64,000 bases of DNA from an uncultured Chitinophagaceae bacterium (GTDB lineage Bacteria; Bacteroidota; Bacteroidia; Chitinophagales; LD1): contig CAZIBY010000007.1 of NCBI GenBank assembly GCA_964537475.1, positions 2,837 through 66,836 on the forward strand, in the 5' to 3' direction. The position numbers and the translations under genes were made by a program. The notes beneath the pieces were generated by a model. It ran no database searches. It worked only from the letters and a program-made list of their open reading frames with translations, and had not been told where the DNA came from. This document shows, piece by piece, positions 20,629 to 30,345 of this stretch (position 1 is its first letter; each line of letters opens with the position of its first letter).

Positions 20629-22653
20629 TTGAGTATGAATAATCATCACGACCATATGCACGACCATTCAATGCCCGCTAAGGACATGCCCGCTCATACG
20701 GGCCATGACCACGGTTCCATGATTGACGATTTTCGTAGAAGGTTCATTGCAGTTCTAATTCTGACCATTCCCGTCATGCTGTTATCTCCCATGATACAGT
20801 TATGGTTAGGTGTCAAATGGAACTTTGTGGGTTCCAACTATATTTTGCTTGGATTGTCTTCTGTTGTTTTTGTATACGGTGGGTATCCATTTCTTACAGG
20901 CTTTATTGTGGAAATGAAACAGCGCAGGCCGGGCATGATGACGCTAATTGCCATCGCGGTTACGGTCGCCTATGTATACAGCCTTGCGACTGTCTTGGGG
21001 CTGCAGGGAATGGATTTTTTCTGGGAACTCTGTACGCTCATCCTTATTATGCTCTTGGGCCATTGGATAGAAATGAAATCAATTGCCGGTGCTTCTCGTG
21101 AACTTGAACTACTCGTACAATTAATGCCCTCAGATGCTCACATGATAATGGGTAACATGGTTCACGACGTAAAAACCGATTCCCTCAAAGAGGGAGATGT
21201 CATTCTGATCAAGCCCGGTGAAAAGATCGCAGCGGACGGAACTATCTTGGAAGGAGAAAGCTACCTGAATGAATCCATGCTTACAGGTGAATCGGTTCCA
21301 GTCCGAAAGCAACATGGAGATAAGGTAATAGCTGGATCGATTAATGGAAATGGCTCTTTAAAGGTAACGGTGAGCCATGCATCCAAAGATTCATATTTAT
21401 CCAAGGTCATAAAGTTGGTGGATGATGCGCAGAAAACAAAATCTAATACTCAGTTACTCGCAGACAAAGCAGCGCTAATTCTTACCATTGTGGCTTTGAT
21501 CGCGGGATTCTCCACGTTTTTCTTTTGGTGGCTGGTAGCAAAAGCCCCCATTGTATTTGCAATAGAAAGAATGGTAACAGTGATTGTGATTTGTTGCCCC
21601 CATGCCTTGGGGTTAGCAGTCCCATTAGTTGTCGCGATATCTACATCGCTTGCAGCTAAGCACGGCCTTCTGATCAAAAACCGAACTGCATTTGAGAACT
21701 CAAGGAAAATAACGACACTCCTCTTTGACAAAACGGGAACGCTTACGGTGGGTAAATTTGAAGTGGCGAGAATAAAGTCCTTAGTAGCATCAGCAGATGA
21801 AAAGGAGATCATCCGTTTGGCGTCTGCACTTGAGCAAAATTCCGAGCATCCAATAGCCACTGGTATCATGTCTAAGGCAAAGGAGTTTTCAGTTACCGTT
21901 CCGGCTGTAAGTAACTTTAGCGCAATCTCAGGTGTCGGCGTCGAGGCTGAGGTGGAAGGAAAAAATATCAAGGTGGTAAGCCCTGGCTATTTGAAGAGTA
22001 AGGCAATGCCATTGCCGGAGGGCTTTGTGGGTAGCAATGCAAAAACGACAGTGTTTGTTATCGTAAACAATGTAGTTACTGGCTACATTTCATTAGCCGA
22101 TCAAATCCGTCCCGAAGCTCACGAGGCTATCCGCATTCTCCATGAGAGTGGGATTAAATCCATATTGCTGACCGGGGACAACGCCACCGTTGCGAAAAGC
22201 GTGAGCGATGAACTAAAGATGGATGGCTATTTTGCGGAAGTCCTGCCCGATCAGAAACTGGCAAAAATCAAAGAACTGCAAGAGAAGGGAGAGTTTGTCG
22301 CTATGACGGGCGACGGCATAAACGATGCACCGGCATTGGCTCAGGCTGATGTTGGCATAGCTGTGGGAAGCGGAAGCGATATTGCTGCGGAAACAGCGGG
22401 TATCATTTTGGTAAACAGCAACCCCAAGGACGTGGCAAGCCTTATTCTCTTTGGCAAGACCACACATAGGAAGATGATCCAAAATCTCATGTGGGCAACA
22501 GGATATAATGTGATTGCCTTACCGCTAGCCGCAGGGGTGCTATATAAGTGGGATATCATGCTTAGTCCGGCAGCAGGCGCAGTATTAATGAGTTTAAGTA
22601 CCGTGATTGTAGCGATTAATGCAAAAATGTTGCGGGTAAAGGCGATAGCCTAG
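20629..22653 (+). CDS. Copper-translocating P1B-type ATPase (CopB-like; His-rich N-terminus, CPH)
   Basis: His/Met-rich N-terminus; TGES, CCPHALGL, DKTGT, SEHP and GDGINDAPAL motifs. Confidence 0.95.
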   Translation: MSMNNHHDHMHDHSMPAKDMPAHTGHDHGSMIDDFRRRFIAVLILTIPVMLLSPMIQLWLGVKWNFVGSNYILLGLSSVVFVYGGYPFLTGFIVEMKQRRPGMMTLIAIAVTVAYVYSLATVLGLQGMDFFWELCTLILIMLLGHWIEMKSIAGASRELELLVQLMPSDAHMIMGNMVHDVKTDSLKEGDVILIKPGEKIAADGTILEGESYLNESMLTGESVPVRKQHGDKVIAGSINGNGSLKVTVSHASKDSYLSKVIKLVDDAQKTKSNTQLLADKAALILTIVALIAGFSTFFFWWLVAKAPIVFAIERMVTVIVICCPHALGLAVPLVVAISTSLAAKHGLLIKNRTAFENSRKITTLLFDKTGTLTVGKFEVARIKSLVASADEKEIIRLASALEQNSEHPIATGIMSKAKEFSVTVPAVSNFSAISGVGVEAEVEGKNIKVVSPGYLKSKAMPLPEGFVGSNAKTTVFVIVNNVVTGYISLADQIRPEAHEAIRILHESGIKSILLTGDNATVAKSVSDELKMDGYFAEVLPDQKLAKIKELQEKGEFVAMTGDGINDAPALAQADVGIAVGSGSDIAAETAGIILVNSNPKDVASLILFGKTTHRKMIQNLMWATGYNVIALPLAAGVLYKWDIMLSPAAGAVLMSLSTVIVAINAKMLRVKAIA

Positions 22654-22748
22654 CCCTCTCTGCCTAGTAATGCTACAGACATACTATTTTTGTTAAAATA
22701 ATTGATTTAAATAAAACAGGCACGCATTTTTCCTCTTACCTTTGTACA

Positions 22749-23132
22749 GTGAAGAAACAGCTCTCCATATTATTGCTTTTTGCGTATGCATGCTCCTTTG
22801 TATGCGCAGGCTACAATTTGCATTTCTGTAGCGGACACCTGAAGTCCATCACGCTTGCCCAATTCCATAAGTCCGGATGTTGCAATAAAGGGGAAAAGCC
22901 TAACAGATGCTGCAAGGATGTGTTCCTTAAGTGCAAAAGTTCAGACCAGACCCAGGCCAAGGTTGTCATACCTAACTTGATCAAGGACGATACGGCCTTG
23001 GGCCAACCACAGATCGCGGTGCCCATTCATCTCTATGTACCATACGCTTCGACCAATGAACGCGCTTTTGGCGATCCTCCCGATTTCCCCTCGTATCGCC
23101 TCTACATCGTGAACAGGCGGTTACTTATCTGA
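22749..23132 (+). CDS. HYC_CC_PP-family small protein (second copy)
   Basis: LHFCSG, GCCNK, CCKD and DPPDFP...RRLLI motifs; TACCTTTG (-7 box) at 22737-22744, directly before the GTG start. Confidence 0.8.
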   Translation: MKKQLSILLLFAYACSFVCAGYNLHFCSGHLKSITLAQFHKSGCCNKGEKPNRCCKDVFLKCKSSDQTQAKVVIPNLIKDDTALGQPQIAVPIHLYVPYASTNERAFGDPPDFPSYRLYIVNRRLLI

Positions 23133-23230
23133 TTCTATTTCAATTATCCAGCCATGCAGAGATGGCAAGGCGTTTGTATTGCATACAAACCCGTCTTCAA
23201 TTGAATTAATCAAGTCAAAAAATAAGTAAC

Positions 23231-23761
23231 ATGAAAAGTCTAGTCGTCATAGTGGCAATACTCGCCACCTCATTCTCATCATTCGCTCAAGGCAACAAAG
23301 CGGCATCTGCTGAATTTTCCTCTACCGACACTACTGTAAGGCAACAGATCAGTAATGTCCTCACGGTCTATTATCAAATAAAAGACGCTTTAGTCAGCGG
23401 TAACGAGAAACTTGCTTCTGCCAAGGCCAAAGAATTTGAAACCGCACTGGATGCGGTTGACATGAAAAAGATGTCCGCGCAGGAACACACCTTTTATATG
23501 CCGCTGCAAGAGAAACTTGCCTACGATGCGCAGCACATCAAGACAGCCCCTAACATAGATCACATGCGGGAGCATTTCAGCGCATTCTCAAACAACGTAT
23601 GGAAGCTGGTTAAGGCATTCAAGGCCAACAATGGAACGGCGTACCAACAATACTGCCCCATGCAAAAGGCTACTTGGATAAGCAAGGACGAAGCCATAAA
23701 GAATCCTTATTACGGCAGCCAGATGCCCACCTGCGGCAAGGTGACGGAAACACTTAAATAA
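23231..23761 (+). CDS. DUF3347-domain metal-transport-associated periplasmic protein
   Basis: YYQIKDALV, QYCPMQKATWIS and NPYYGSQMPTCG motifs. Confidence 0.85.
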   Translation: MKSLVVIVAILATSFSSFAQGNKAASAEFSSTDTTVRQQISNVLTVYYQIKDALVSGNEKLASAKAKEFETALDAVDMKKMSAQEHTFYMPLQEKLAYDAQHIKTAPNIDHMREHFSAFSNNVWKLVKAFKANNGTAYQQYCPMQKATWISKDEAIKNPYYGSQMPTCGKVTETLK

Positions 23762-26314
23762 TTGCACGATGCTTTTCAAATAAAACTGAGTATGGGAAAA
23801 TTTTTAGCCCTCGCCTTGATGCTTGTCACTATATACGCGCATGCGCAAATGGACATGAAAAACATGGATATGACGGGGACGCATGGTGCTGGCAAGCCAC
23901 ATAAAAAGAAAGGGAGCAAGGGAATTTCGCATCATACTGCCCATGAGCCTCAGGGAGTAACTGTTGCAACGAGTGACAGTTCGAGGCTGAAGGATTCTAC
24001 GAACACGCTGCCGATTCGCGAGGAAACCAGGCGCGAGGAAAAGACCGTGACCTCTGACCCCTCGGGAAAAACGATAAAGGCACATCCGCCGCATACCGTA
24101 AGGTATGACCTTTATGTGGACGATACCATCGTAAACTATACAGGAAAGAGGAAACGTGCCATCGCCATCAACGGCTCCATACCCGCCCCAACCCTGTATT
24201 TTACCGAGGGAGATACGGCGGAGATATACGTTCACAATAAGATGCGTCACGAGACTTCGATCCACTGGCATGGCATCATCTTGCCTAACCAATACGACGG
24301 CGTATCCTATCTGACCACGGCACCGATCAAGGCGGGGCAAACGCATCTGTTCAGGTTTCCCGTTGTCCAAAACGGCACCTACTGGTACCACTCCCACACA
24401 AAAGTTCAGGAGCAGAGCGGGATGTATGGAGCGCTCATCTTTTATAAGAGAGAGGAACCGAATATTAAGCAACTGCCTTTAGTCCTCAGCGACTGGGCTG
24501 ACATGCGACCGTCTGAAATAGACCGAAGCCTGCACAACCAGACAGACTGGTTCAGTATTCGCAAGAATAGCGTCCAAAGCTACGGCGAGGCCATGGTAAA
24601 GGGACAGCTCAAGACTAAGTTGCTGAACGAATGGAAGCGCATGACGGCTATGGACGTAAGCGACGTGGCGTATGACCGCTTCCTCATAAACGGCGAGTCC
24701 GACAATGAACAGAAGCAGTACAAGGCAGGTGATAAAATCAAACTGCGGGTAGTCAACGGAGGCGCTTCCTCCTATTTCTGGCTGTCTTGGGCAGGTGGCA
24801 AGATCACCGTAGTTGCAAATGATGGTAACGACGTGGAACCAGTAGAGGTGGATCGGCTCATCATCGCGGTTGCAGAAACGTATGACGTAGTCGTGACCAT
24901 ACCTGACAGCGGCAGTTACGAATTTCTTGTGACCCCGGAAGACAGGACGAAGCATGCGTCGCTTTGGCTCGGTAGCGGGGCGAAGCGATCTGCCACTCCT
25001 ATCGGAAAGCTAAAATACTTTGAGGGGATGAAGATGATGAACGGCATGATGGCAATGAGCGGCAACTTGAAAAAGATGGACGGCATGGAAATGAAGAATC
25101 AGATCATGGACATGAACACCGTCATGTACCCTGAAATCACGGGGGAAGAAAAAAAGAGTCACAGGAAGCATAGACAGGAAACTCCCAAGGAACAGCCACC
25201 GATGCACGACATGTCTGGGATGGAGGGCATGGACATGAGCCATAACAGTGCCGATCTCGTAACCTTGAACTACAATATGCTTCGCGCGCCCAAGAAAACC
25301 TCTCTCCCGAACTGGCCGACGAGGACGCTGTATTTCGAGCTGACCGGGAATATGAATCGCTACGTGTGGACCATAGGCAACAAGACCGTATCAGAGGCTG
25401 ATAAAATATTGATTCACCGCGGTGAAAACATCCGCATAATCCTTTACAACAACACCATGATGCGTCACCCGATGCACCTGCACGGGCATGACTTCCGCGT
25501 CATAAACGGTCAGGGTGAATACGCGCCTCTCAAGAATGTCCTCGACATCATGCCAATGGAAAGCGACACGATAGAATTTGCGGGGACAGAGACGGGCGAT
25601 TGGTTCTTTCACTGTCACATCCTCTACCACATGATGAGCGGCATGGGTCGCATTTTCAGTTACGCAAACTCTCCGGACAATCCCGAATTGCCCAACAAAA
25701 GGGCAGCACAGCGCAAGCTCTTTAGAGACGACAGGGAGTTTCATCCGATGATCCGTGCTGGGTTCGAGAGCAACGGTTCCGACGGAGAAGCAATGCTCGC
25801 CAACACAAGATGGAAATTTGAGACTATGTGGCATTTGGGCATCCATCCCGCCCACGGGTACGAGAGTGAAACCACTGTAGGCAGATACCTTGGCAAAATG
25901 CAGTGGTGGTACGTCTTTGTAGGCTTCGATTACCATTACAAGGCGTTGGGCAGTGGAATGAGAAAGGAACCTTTGGACTATCTCATTGCCCCGAATATAT
26001 TTGGCAACGAGTACCGCAATATGTTTGGACAGATCAGTGATAAGACCAACCGTCATACGGCAACGCTCGGTGTGCAATACACTCTGCCCATGCTTGTTAT
26101 TGCAGAGCTCAGGGTTGACTTGAACGGCAAGGTGCGCGTGCAACTGAGCAGAGAGGACGTTCCTCTGACTAAGAGATTGAGGTTTAATATTATGCTCAAT
26201 ACGGATAAAGAATATGCTATAGGCCTGAGATACATTCTTCACAAGTACGTATCGGTATCCACTCACTACGATAGTGATATGGGGTTGGGAGCGGGACTAA
26301 CTCTGACTTATTAA
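23762..26314 (+). CDS. CopA-family multicopper oxidase with Met-rich inserts and a C-terminal extension (start probably 23792)
   Basis: HWHG, WYHSH, HPMHLHGH and HCHILYHMMSGM motifs; Met-rich segments; beta-strand-like C-terminal ~190 aa ending in LTY. Confidence 0.9.
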   Translation: MHDAFQIKLSMGKFLALALMLVTIYAHAQMDMKNMDMTGTHGAGKPHKKKGSKGISHHTAHEPQGVTVATSDSSRLKDSTNTLPIREETRREEKTVTSDPSGKTIKAHPPHTVRYDLYVDDTIVNYTGKRKRAIAINGSIPAPTLYFTEGDTAEIYVHNKMRHETSIHWHGIILPNQYDGVSYLTTAPIKAGQTHLFRFPVVQNGTYWYHSHTKVQEQSGMYGALIFYKREEPNIKQLPLVLSDWADMRPSEIDRSLHNQTDWFSIRKNSVQSYGEAMVKGQLKTKLLNEWKRMTAMDVSDVAYDRFLINGESDNEQKQYKAGDKIKLRVVNGGASSYFWLSWAGGKITVVANDGNDVEPVEVDRLIIAVAETYDVVVTIPDSGSYEFLVTPEDRTKHASLWLGSGAKRSATPIGKLKYFEGMKMMNGMMAMSGNLKKMDGMEMKNQIMDMNTVMYPEITGEEKKSHRKHRQETPKEQPPMHDMSGMEGMDMSHNSADLVTLNYNMLRAPKKTSLPNWPTRTLYFELTGNMNRYVWTIGNKTVSEADKILIHRGENIRIILYNNTMMRHPMHLHGHDFRVINGQGEYAPLKNVLDIMPMESDTIEFAGTETGDWFFHCHILYHMMSGMGRIFSYANSPDNPELPNKRAAQRKLFRDDREFHPMIRAGFESNGSDGEAMLANTRWKFETMWHLGIHPAHGYESETTVGRYLGKMQWWYVFVGFDYHYKALGSGMRKEPLDYLIAPNIFGNEYRNMFGQISDKTNRHTATLGVQYTLPMLVIAELRVDLNGKVRVQLSREDVPLTKRLRFNIMLNTDKEYAIGLRYILHKYVSVSTHYDSDMGLGAGLTLTY

Positions 26315-27784
26315 TTATTGTTTTGAGAACTTTGAAACATAAACCCTCTCATGCGTGGTAAGTTGTACAGAATATATGCCTTTTGAAAGCGAGGCGATAG
26401 AAAGCTGATTATTCATTAGGGATTCCGCACTGTACACCTTTTCACCAAGCGCATCGAATATGGCTATCGTAATCATTTCATTGAATGGCGCAGTGATGTT
26501 AAGCACATCAGTGGCTGGATTCGGGTAGACAGCAAATGCCACTTCTTTCACGTCCGCAACTGAATTCGGAAGTACTGCAACTGTATCAGGAGTAAACGTA
26601 CCTGAGCGAAATTTAACGGTGCCGGAATTGTCGTCTTGCCATGCTATGAACACTTTCCTGTTAGCCACCGCTACATCAGCGTTGGTTATGTCCCCGAGGT
26701 CAACCGTATCATACGTTGCAGGAAAACCCTTTGCTATATTGTTTGTGAAGAGCATGGGCAACTGCGCATTCCCGCCTATGTTCTGCTTCCATACAATGGC
26801 GCTTGCTTTGCCATCTGATGCTATGCGCGGATAGTTCTGCTGACCGAGATTAGGAATTGTAGTATCGGATAGGTTAATCTTATAATCCTGCGTTCCCGTA
26901 CTAATAGATGTTTTGCTCAAATAAGTCCTGTAAGCCCCGCTGCCGCCGCTCATGAACACGGTATAAAGACTGTCGCCGACTATGACGGCATCAGGACCGC
27001 TCGACGGGCAGAAGTTGATACTCCAGTTAGTGTTATCCGCGTCGAAACCCCTTCCGAACGTGGCTCCGTTATCGGAAGAAATACCCGCCCACATATCGCG
27101 CAGGTTACTCAGATTGTCCCTGTACACTATCGCTGTCGTGTTGCCGGAGGATACGATCACCCCAGGGCAGCAGTCGCACACCGTAGAGTTCGATCCACTC
27201 CAGCCGCTCGCCTTAACGTCGCTTGAGAATGTGGCTCCGCGATCCGAAGATCTCGCCACAGCCCACCTTGCGTTGTTAAACATGTTGTCAAACTTCATGA
27301 AGGCTACGATTGGATTGCCATTCGAGTCTATCGCTACCGTTGGAAATCGCGTAACGCTGTCTCCGATGTGATCTATTCTGACGGGTTGTGAAAAGGAAAT
27401 GCCTCCATTGAAAGAACTCAGGATATAGATGTGCTTGCTCGTGTCCATTGATTCAGGCGTCTGCCTGTAGACCACGTAGACTGTATCGCCTTTCGATGCG
27501 ATGTCAGGTCCCATCCAAGATGCCGTAGCTACTGTAGTACCTGTAGGATTTAGTTTTATCGGCGTTGTAAACGCGGAGCCGCTCCAACGGGCAAACCATA
27601 TGGATTCGTCATTCATGCGTCCCCAGATAACAAGAGGATTGCCTGAGCCGTCCAAGGCTATGCGGGGATGCATGTTGCTGTAGCTGTTTGCAGCTATATC
27701 CGCACCTGCATCCCATGTGATGCCGTTTTGGGCAGATGTAAGAATAACTGAAAAGGCGAAAGCAATGAGTAGGAGTTGCTTCAT
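26315..27784 (-). CDS. Asp-box (BNR)/sialidase-like beta-propeller protein with T9SS type A domain
   Basis: SFNGGISF, SSDRGATF and SSDNGATF Asp-boxes; CDCCPG motif; VYPNPA C-terminal domain. Confidence 0.75.
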   Translation of the reverse strand: MKQLLLIAFAFSVILTSAQNGITWDAGADIAANSYSNMHPRIALDGSGNPLVIWGRMNDESIWFARWSGSAFTTPIKLNPTGTTVATASWMGPDIASKGDTVYVVYRQTPESMDTSKHIYILSSFNGGISFSQPVRIDHIGDSVTRFPTVAIDSNGNPIVAFMKFDNMFNNARWAVARSSDRGATFSSDVKASGWSGSNSTVCDCCPGVIVSSGNTTAIVYRDNLSNLRDMWAGISSDNGATFGRGFDADNTNWSINFCPSSGPDAVIVGDSLYTVFMSGGSGAYRTYLSKTSISTGTQDYKINLSDTTIPNLGQQNYPRIASDGKASAIVWKQNIGGNAQLPMLFTNNIAKGFPATYDTVDLGDITNADVAVANRKVFIAWQDDNSGTVKFRSGTFTPDTVAVLPNSVADVKEVAFAVYPNPATDVLNITAPFNEMITIAIFDALGEKVYSAESLMNNQLSIASLSKGIYSVQLTTHERVYVSKFSKQ

Positions 27785-28467
27785 TCTTTGATGATTTTGT
27801 GTGTGCAGATTGTATTGTTATCCGAAAGCGTAACTAAGTAGCTGCCTTGAGGGAAGTTCGCCGTGGAAAGAGAAAACGATGAAGACAATGCGTTGCCCCT
27901 TTGAACTTCTCTGCCTGAAAGATCTGTGACGATATAGGCAAAGCCAGTTTGCAGGTTAGAGGTGATTTGCAACGTATTATTCACTGGATTGGGGTACAGC
28001 ATCACCGTAGAGATGTCGCTAGCATCGGCGATTCCGGCGGTAGCAGTTACGTTCACTATGAATGTCAGCGTATCCCTTTGCGCAGGGGTCGTCACATCCC
28101 AGACGGCATATCGCACTATCGCCGTGCCGTAATTGACATGGGCCGTCACATGCAAAAGCAAAAAGCTTGTGGCTCCCGGAGCTGTCTTTGTCATTTGTCC
28201 ACTATCCACCAAGGAGCCATAGCAGATTGCATTATCGCAAATGGTGGCGTCCCAGTTAGCGGGGACGACTTCGCTTACTTTCTTCCATTTCAACCGGATA
28301 GTGTCACTGGATGTATTGAGCTGCGAGATCATGAGAGATTGCAGGTCTTCCTTCATGCCCGTCATCTCAGACGTGTCATTAGGGGTGACGGAATAACTCT
28401 GGGACACGGCGATATTTGTTAAAGCCAAGAATAGTCCTAGGAAAATAGCCGGTTTGAGAAAACTCAT
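27781..28467 (-). CDS. T9SS type A sorting-domain protein
   Basis: Signal peptide from MSFLKPA (ATG at 28467); WDATICDNAICY motif; LYPNPV...GSYLV...KIIKE C-terminal domain. Confidence 0.8.
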   Translation of the reverse strand: MSFLKPAIFLGLFLALTNIAVSQSYSVTPNDTSEMTGMKEDLQSLMISQLNTSSDTIRLKWKKVSEVVPANWDATICDNAICYGSLVDSGQMTKTAPGATSFLLLHVTAHVNYGTAIVRYAVWDVTTPAQRDTLTFIVNVTATAGIADASDISTVMLYPNPVNNTLQITSNLQTGFAYIVTDLSGREVQRGNALSSSFSLSTANFPQGSYLVTLSDNNTICTHKIIKE

Positions 28468-28602
28468 TAGCGTGGTGCTTTGATGTTTGCTAAAGGTAGT
28501 GCAAATATTCCAAACCTGATAACACAGCATGGTAGGCTACATTTATTTCCAGAGAACGTTCGGAGTGATTTAGCCAAGTTTTAAAGCCGACATGTGCGGT
28601 TC

Positions 28603-28908
28603 TCAAATATTATGTTTGCGGTAAAGCTCTTTTAGCTCATTAAGCTTCTTATTTTTTTTCGCTGGATCATTTGATGCAAAAGCATCTGTAACGCATGCAT
28701 CAAGATGCCCATCAAGTATATTTGCTTCAACTCCTGTAACTGCTGCTCTTATTGCACGCAATTGAATCAGTATATCAGGACAATAGCGACGCTCACTCAC
28801 CATCTTTTTCACGCCTTCGATTTGGCCAGCTATCCGGCTCAGCCTATTTAACTCTTTCGAATAATCAGGATAAAGTTCTTTTTTCGTACAACAATTTTTA
28901 TCATTCAT
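28603..28908 (-). CDS. csoR: CsoR/RcnR-family metal-sensing repressor
   Basis: RLSRIAGQIEGVKKMV...YCPDILIQL...HLDACV carries the C-H-C ligand fingerprint. Confidence 0.9.
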   Translation of the reverse strand: MNDKNCCTKKELYPDYSKELNRLSRIAGQIEGVKKMVSERRYCPDILIQLRAIRAAVTGVEANILDGHLDACVTDAFASNDPAKKNKKLNELKELYRKHNI

Positions 28909-28911
28909 AGT

Positions 28912-29301
28912 TCATCCTATAAAGCGTGGTGCTATAAAAGCAAAGAAAAAGCCCGTAACGTAAATTATTACAGAGCCAATATATATCCACAAGCTGATTT
29001 TACGGGTTTTCATGCAGACGCTAGCCAAATCTTTGTTTATCGGACATGGTGTATTGCGACTTATATAGCGCATAATGGCTGAAAAGAGCAGCATAAGACC
29101 TGAAAACCCAAATAGAAATATCTTATGTTTAGATAACCAGATCAATTGAGGAACGGTTGATACAATGCCTGCCAAAGTCGCGCCCGCGCCAATTGCGACA
29201 AACAAAGCGGGCAATGCACAACAGAATAGCGTACTGAAAGACGTGATCAGAGTTAACGCGTGAACAGTTTTTGAGAATTTCATTATTTTAATGCTCATCA
29301 T
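28912..29301 (-). CDS. MerT-like three-TM metal transport membrane protein
   Basis: TLFCCALP in TM1; C-terminal CPINKDLASVC Cys pair. Confidence 0.7.
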   Translation of the reverse strand: MMSIKIMKFSKTVHALTLITSFSTLFCCALPALFVAIGAGATLAGIVSTVPQLIWLSKHKIFLFGFSGLMLLFSAIMRYISRNTPCPINKDLASVCMKTRKISLWIYIGSVIIYVTGFFFAFIAPRFIG

Positions 29302-29591
29302 TTCATATTCATATGATGGATTTTAGTCACCTCGAAACCTGCGTCTGTAATAATCTTTTTGATGGTTTCGTCTTTTATGGTCGTGTCACTTTTAGTTGTA
29401 ATTGTTACCAAACCTTCATCTAAATTAACATCCACTTTTTCAGTTTCTGGTTGTGACTTGAAGCTTTTCTCAATACCTTTTGCGCAGAAGGCGCATACAA
29501 GGCCCCCAACACCGATATGGATTGTTTCAGCAAAGGCTGGGCTAGCGAGCAGCATAAGGGCAACCGCTAATGTTGTGATTTGCTTTTTCAT
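29298..29591 (-). CDS. Periplasmic heavy-metal-associated (HMA) domain protein
   Basis: Signal peptide, GLVCAFCA motif; AGGAGA Shine-Dalgarno before the ATG at 29591. Confidence 0.85.
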   Translation of the reverse strand: MKKQITTLAVALMLLASPAFAETIHIGVGGLVCAFCAKGIEKSFKSQPETEKVDVNLDEGLVTITTKSDTTIKDETIKKIITDAGFEVTKIHHMNMK

Positions 29592-29604
29592 GTTTAGTCT
29601 CCTG

Positions 29605-30237
29605 TTAAAATTGTAATGTCGCATTCAGCAGTAAGGTTTTATTGCTGCTATACCCAACTTCTGTTAGAATCTTCGTATTGAAAAATCTTACTAAGGGCGT
29701 AAAGGTGAATTTTTCATTTGCGCTAGGGTTGTTTTCGAGTTCCAGCATCAGCCATGTATGGGTGGCATTATAATCAGCAAGATATGGCGCTACGCCGATA
29801 CGAAGCTTCTGATCAAAGGGCTGGCCATTAACTGAAGAAGCGATAAGGCGGTTTTGATAGGAAACATAATAACGGCGACTTTCCCAGTCAGCTTCAATAC
29901 CAGCGAAACCTGCCGGCGCAACTTTGCCATGATCATCGCCAAAACCCGCGCCAGTTATAAGGAACATGTTAGCTTGAGAACCTGAGTTGTTCCAACGCTG
30001 CAGTAAGCGATTATAAGTTAGAGTATGAAGCCAAGTTTGATCATTCCGCAAGTAGTCAACTTGAATCCCCACAGCCTCTTTGGCTGTAGGGGAATAGCTT
30101 AATATGGTTGAATTTGCGGTGCTATCATTCATCGTCATCACCATCCAGCCATCCGGATAAGATACAGGGCGAGCCTGTCCTGTAGATGGAAGCAACAATA
30201 ATGCCGCTACGAAGCTGTTTAAAACTCTTACATTCAT
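29605..30237 (-). CDS. Secreted/outer-membrane beta-strand-rich hypothetical protein, first gene of the CsoR operon
   Basis: Signal peptide, ARPVSYP N-terminus, C-terminal aromatic residue (LQF). Confidence 0.7.
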   Translation of the reverse strand: MNVRVLNSFVAALLLLPSTGQARPVSYPDGWMVMTMNDSTANSTILSYSPTAKEAVGIQVDYLRNDQTWLHTLTYNRLLQRWNNSGSQANMFLITGAGFGDDHGKVAPAGFAGIEADWESRRYYVSYQNRLIASSVNGQPFDQKLRIGVAPYLADYNATHTWLMLELENNPSANEKFTFTPLVRFFNTKILTEVGYSSNKTLLLNATLQF

Positions 30238-30243
30238 CAGAGC

Positions 30244-30272
30244 AGTATATACCCCCTACTGGTATGAGTCAA
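30244..30272 (-). promoter_or_regulatory. Canonical sigma70 promoter (TTGACT-N17-TATACT) containing a CsoR-type operator
   Basis: The minus strand reads TTGACT cataccagtagggggta TATACT. Operator ATACC-N7-GGTAT at 30249-30265. The ATG at 30237 starts 7 nt after the -10 box. Confidence 0.8.
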
Positions 30273-30345
30273 GAGAAATATTTCCTTTATATGTTCATAA
30301 AGTCCATCATAGTAATGGCTCAACCTCTGTTGTTTTAGGGAAAAG

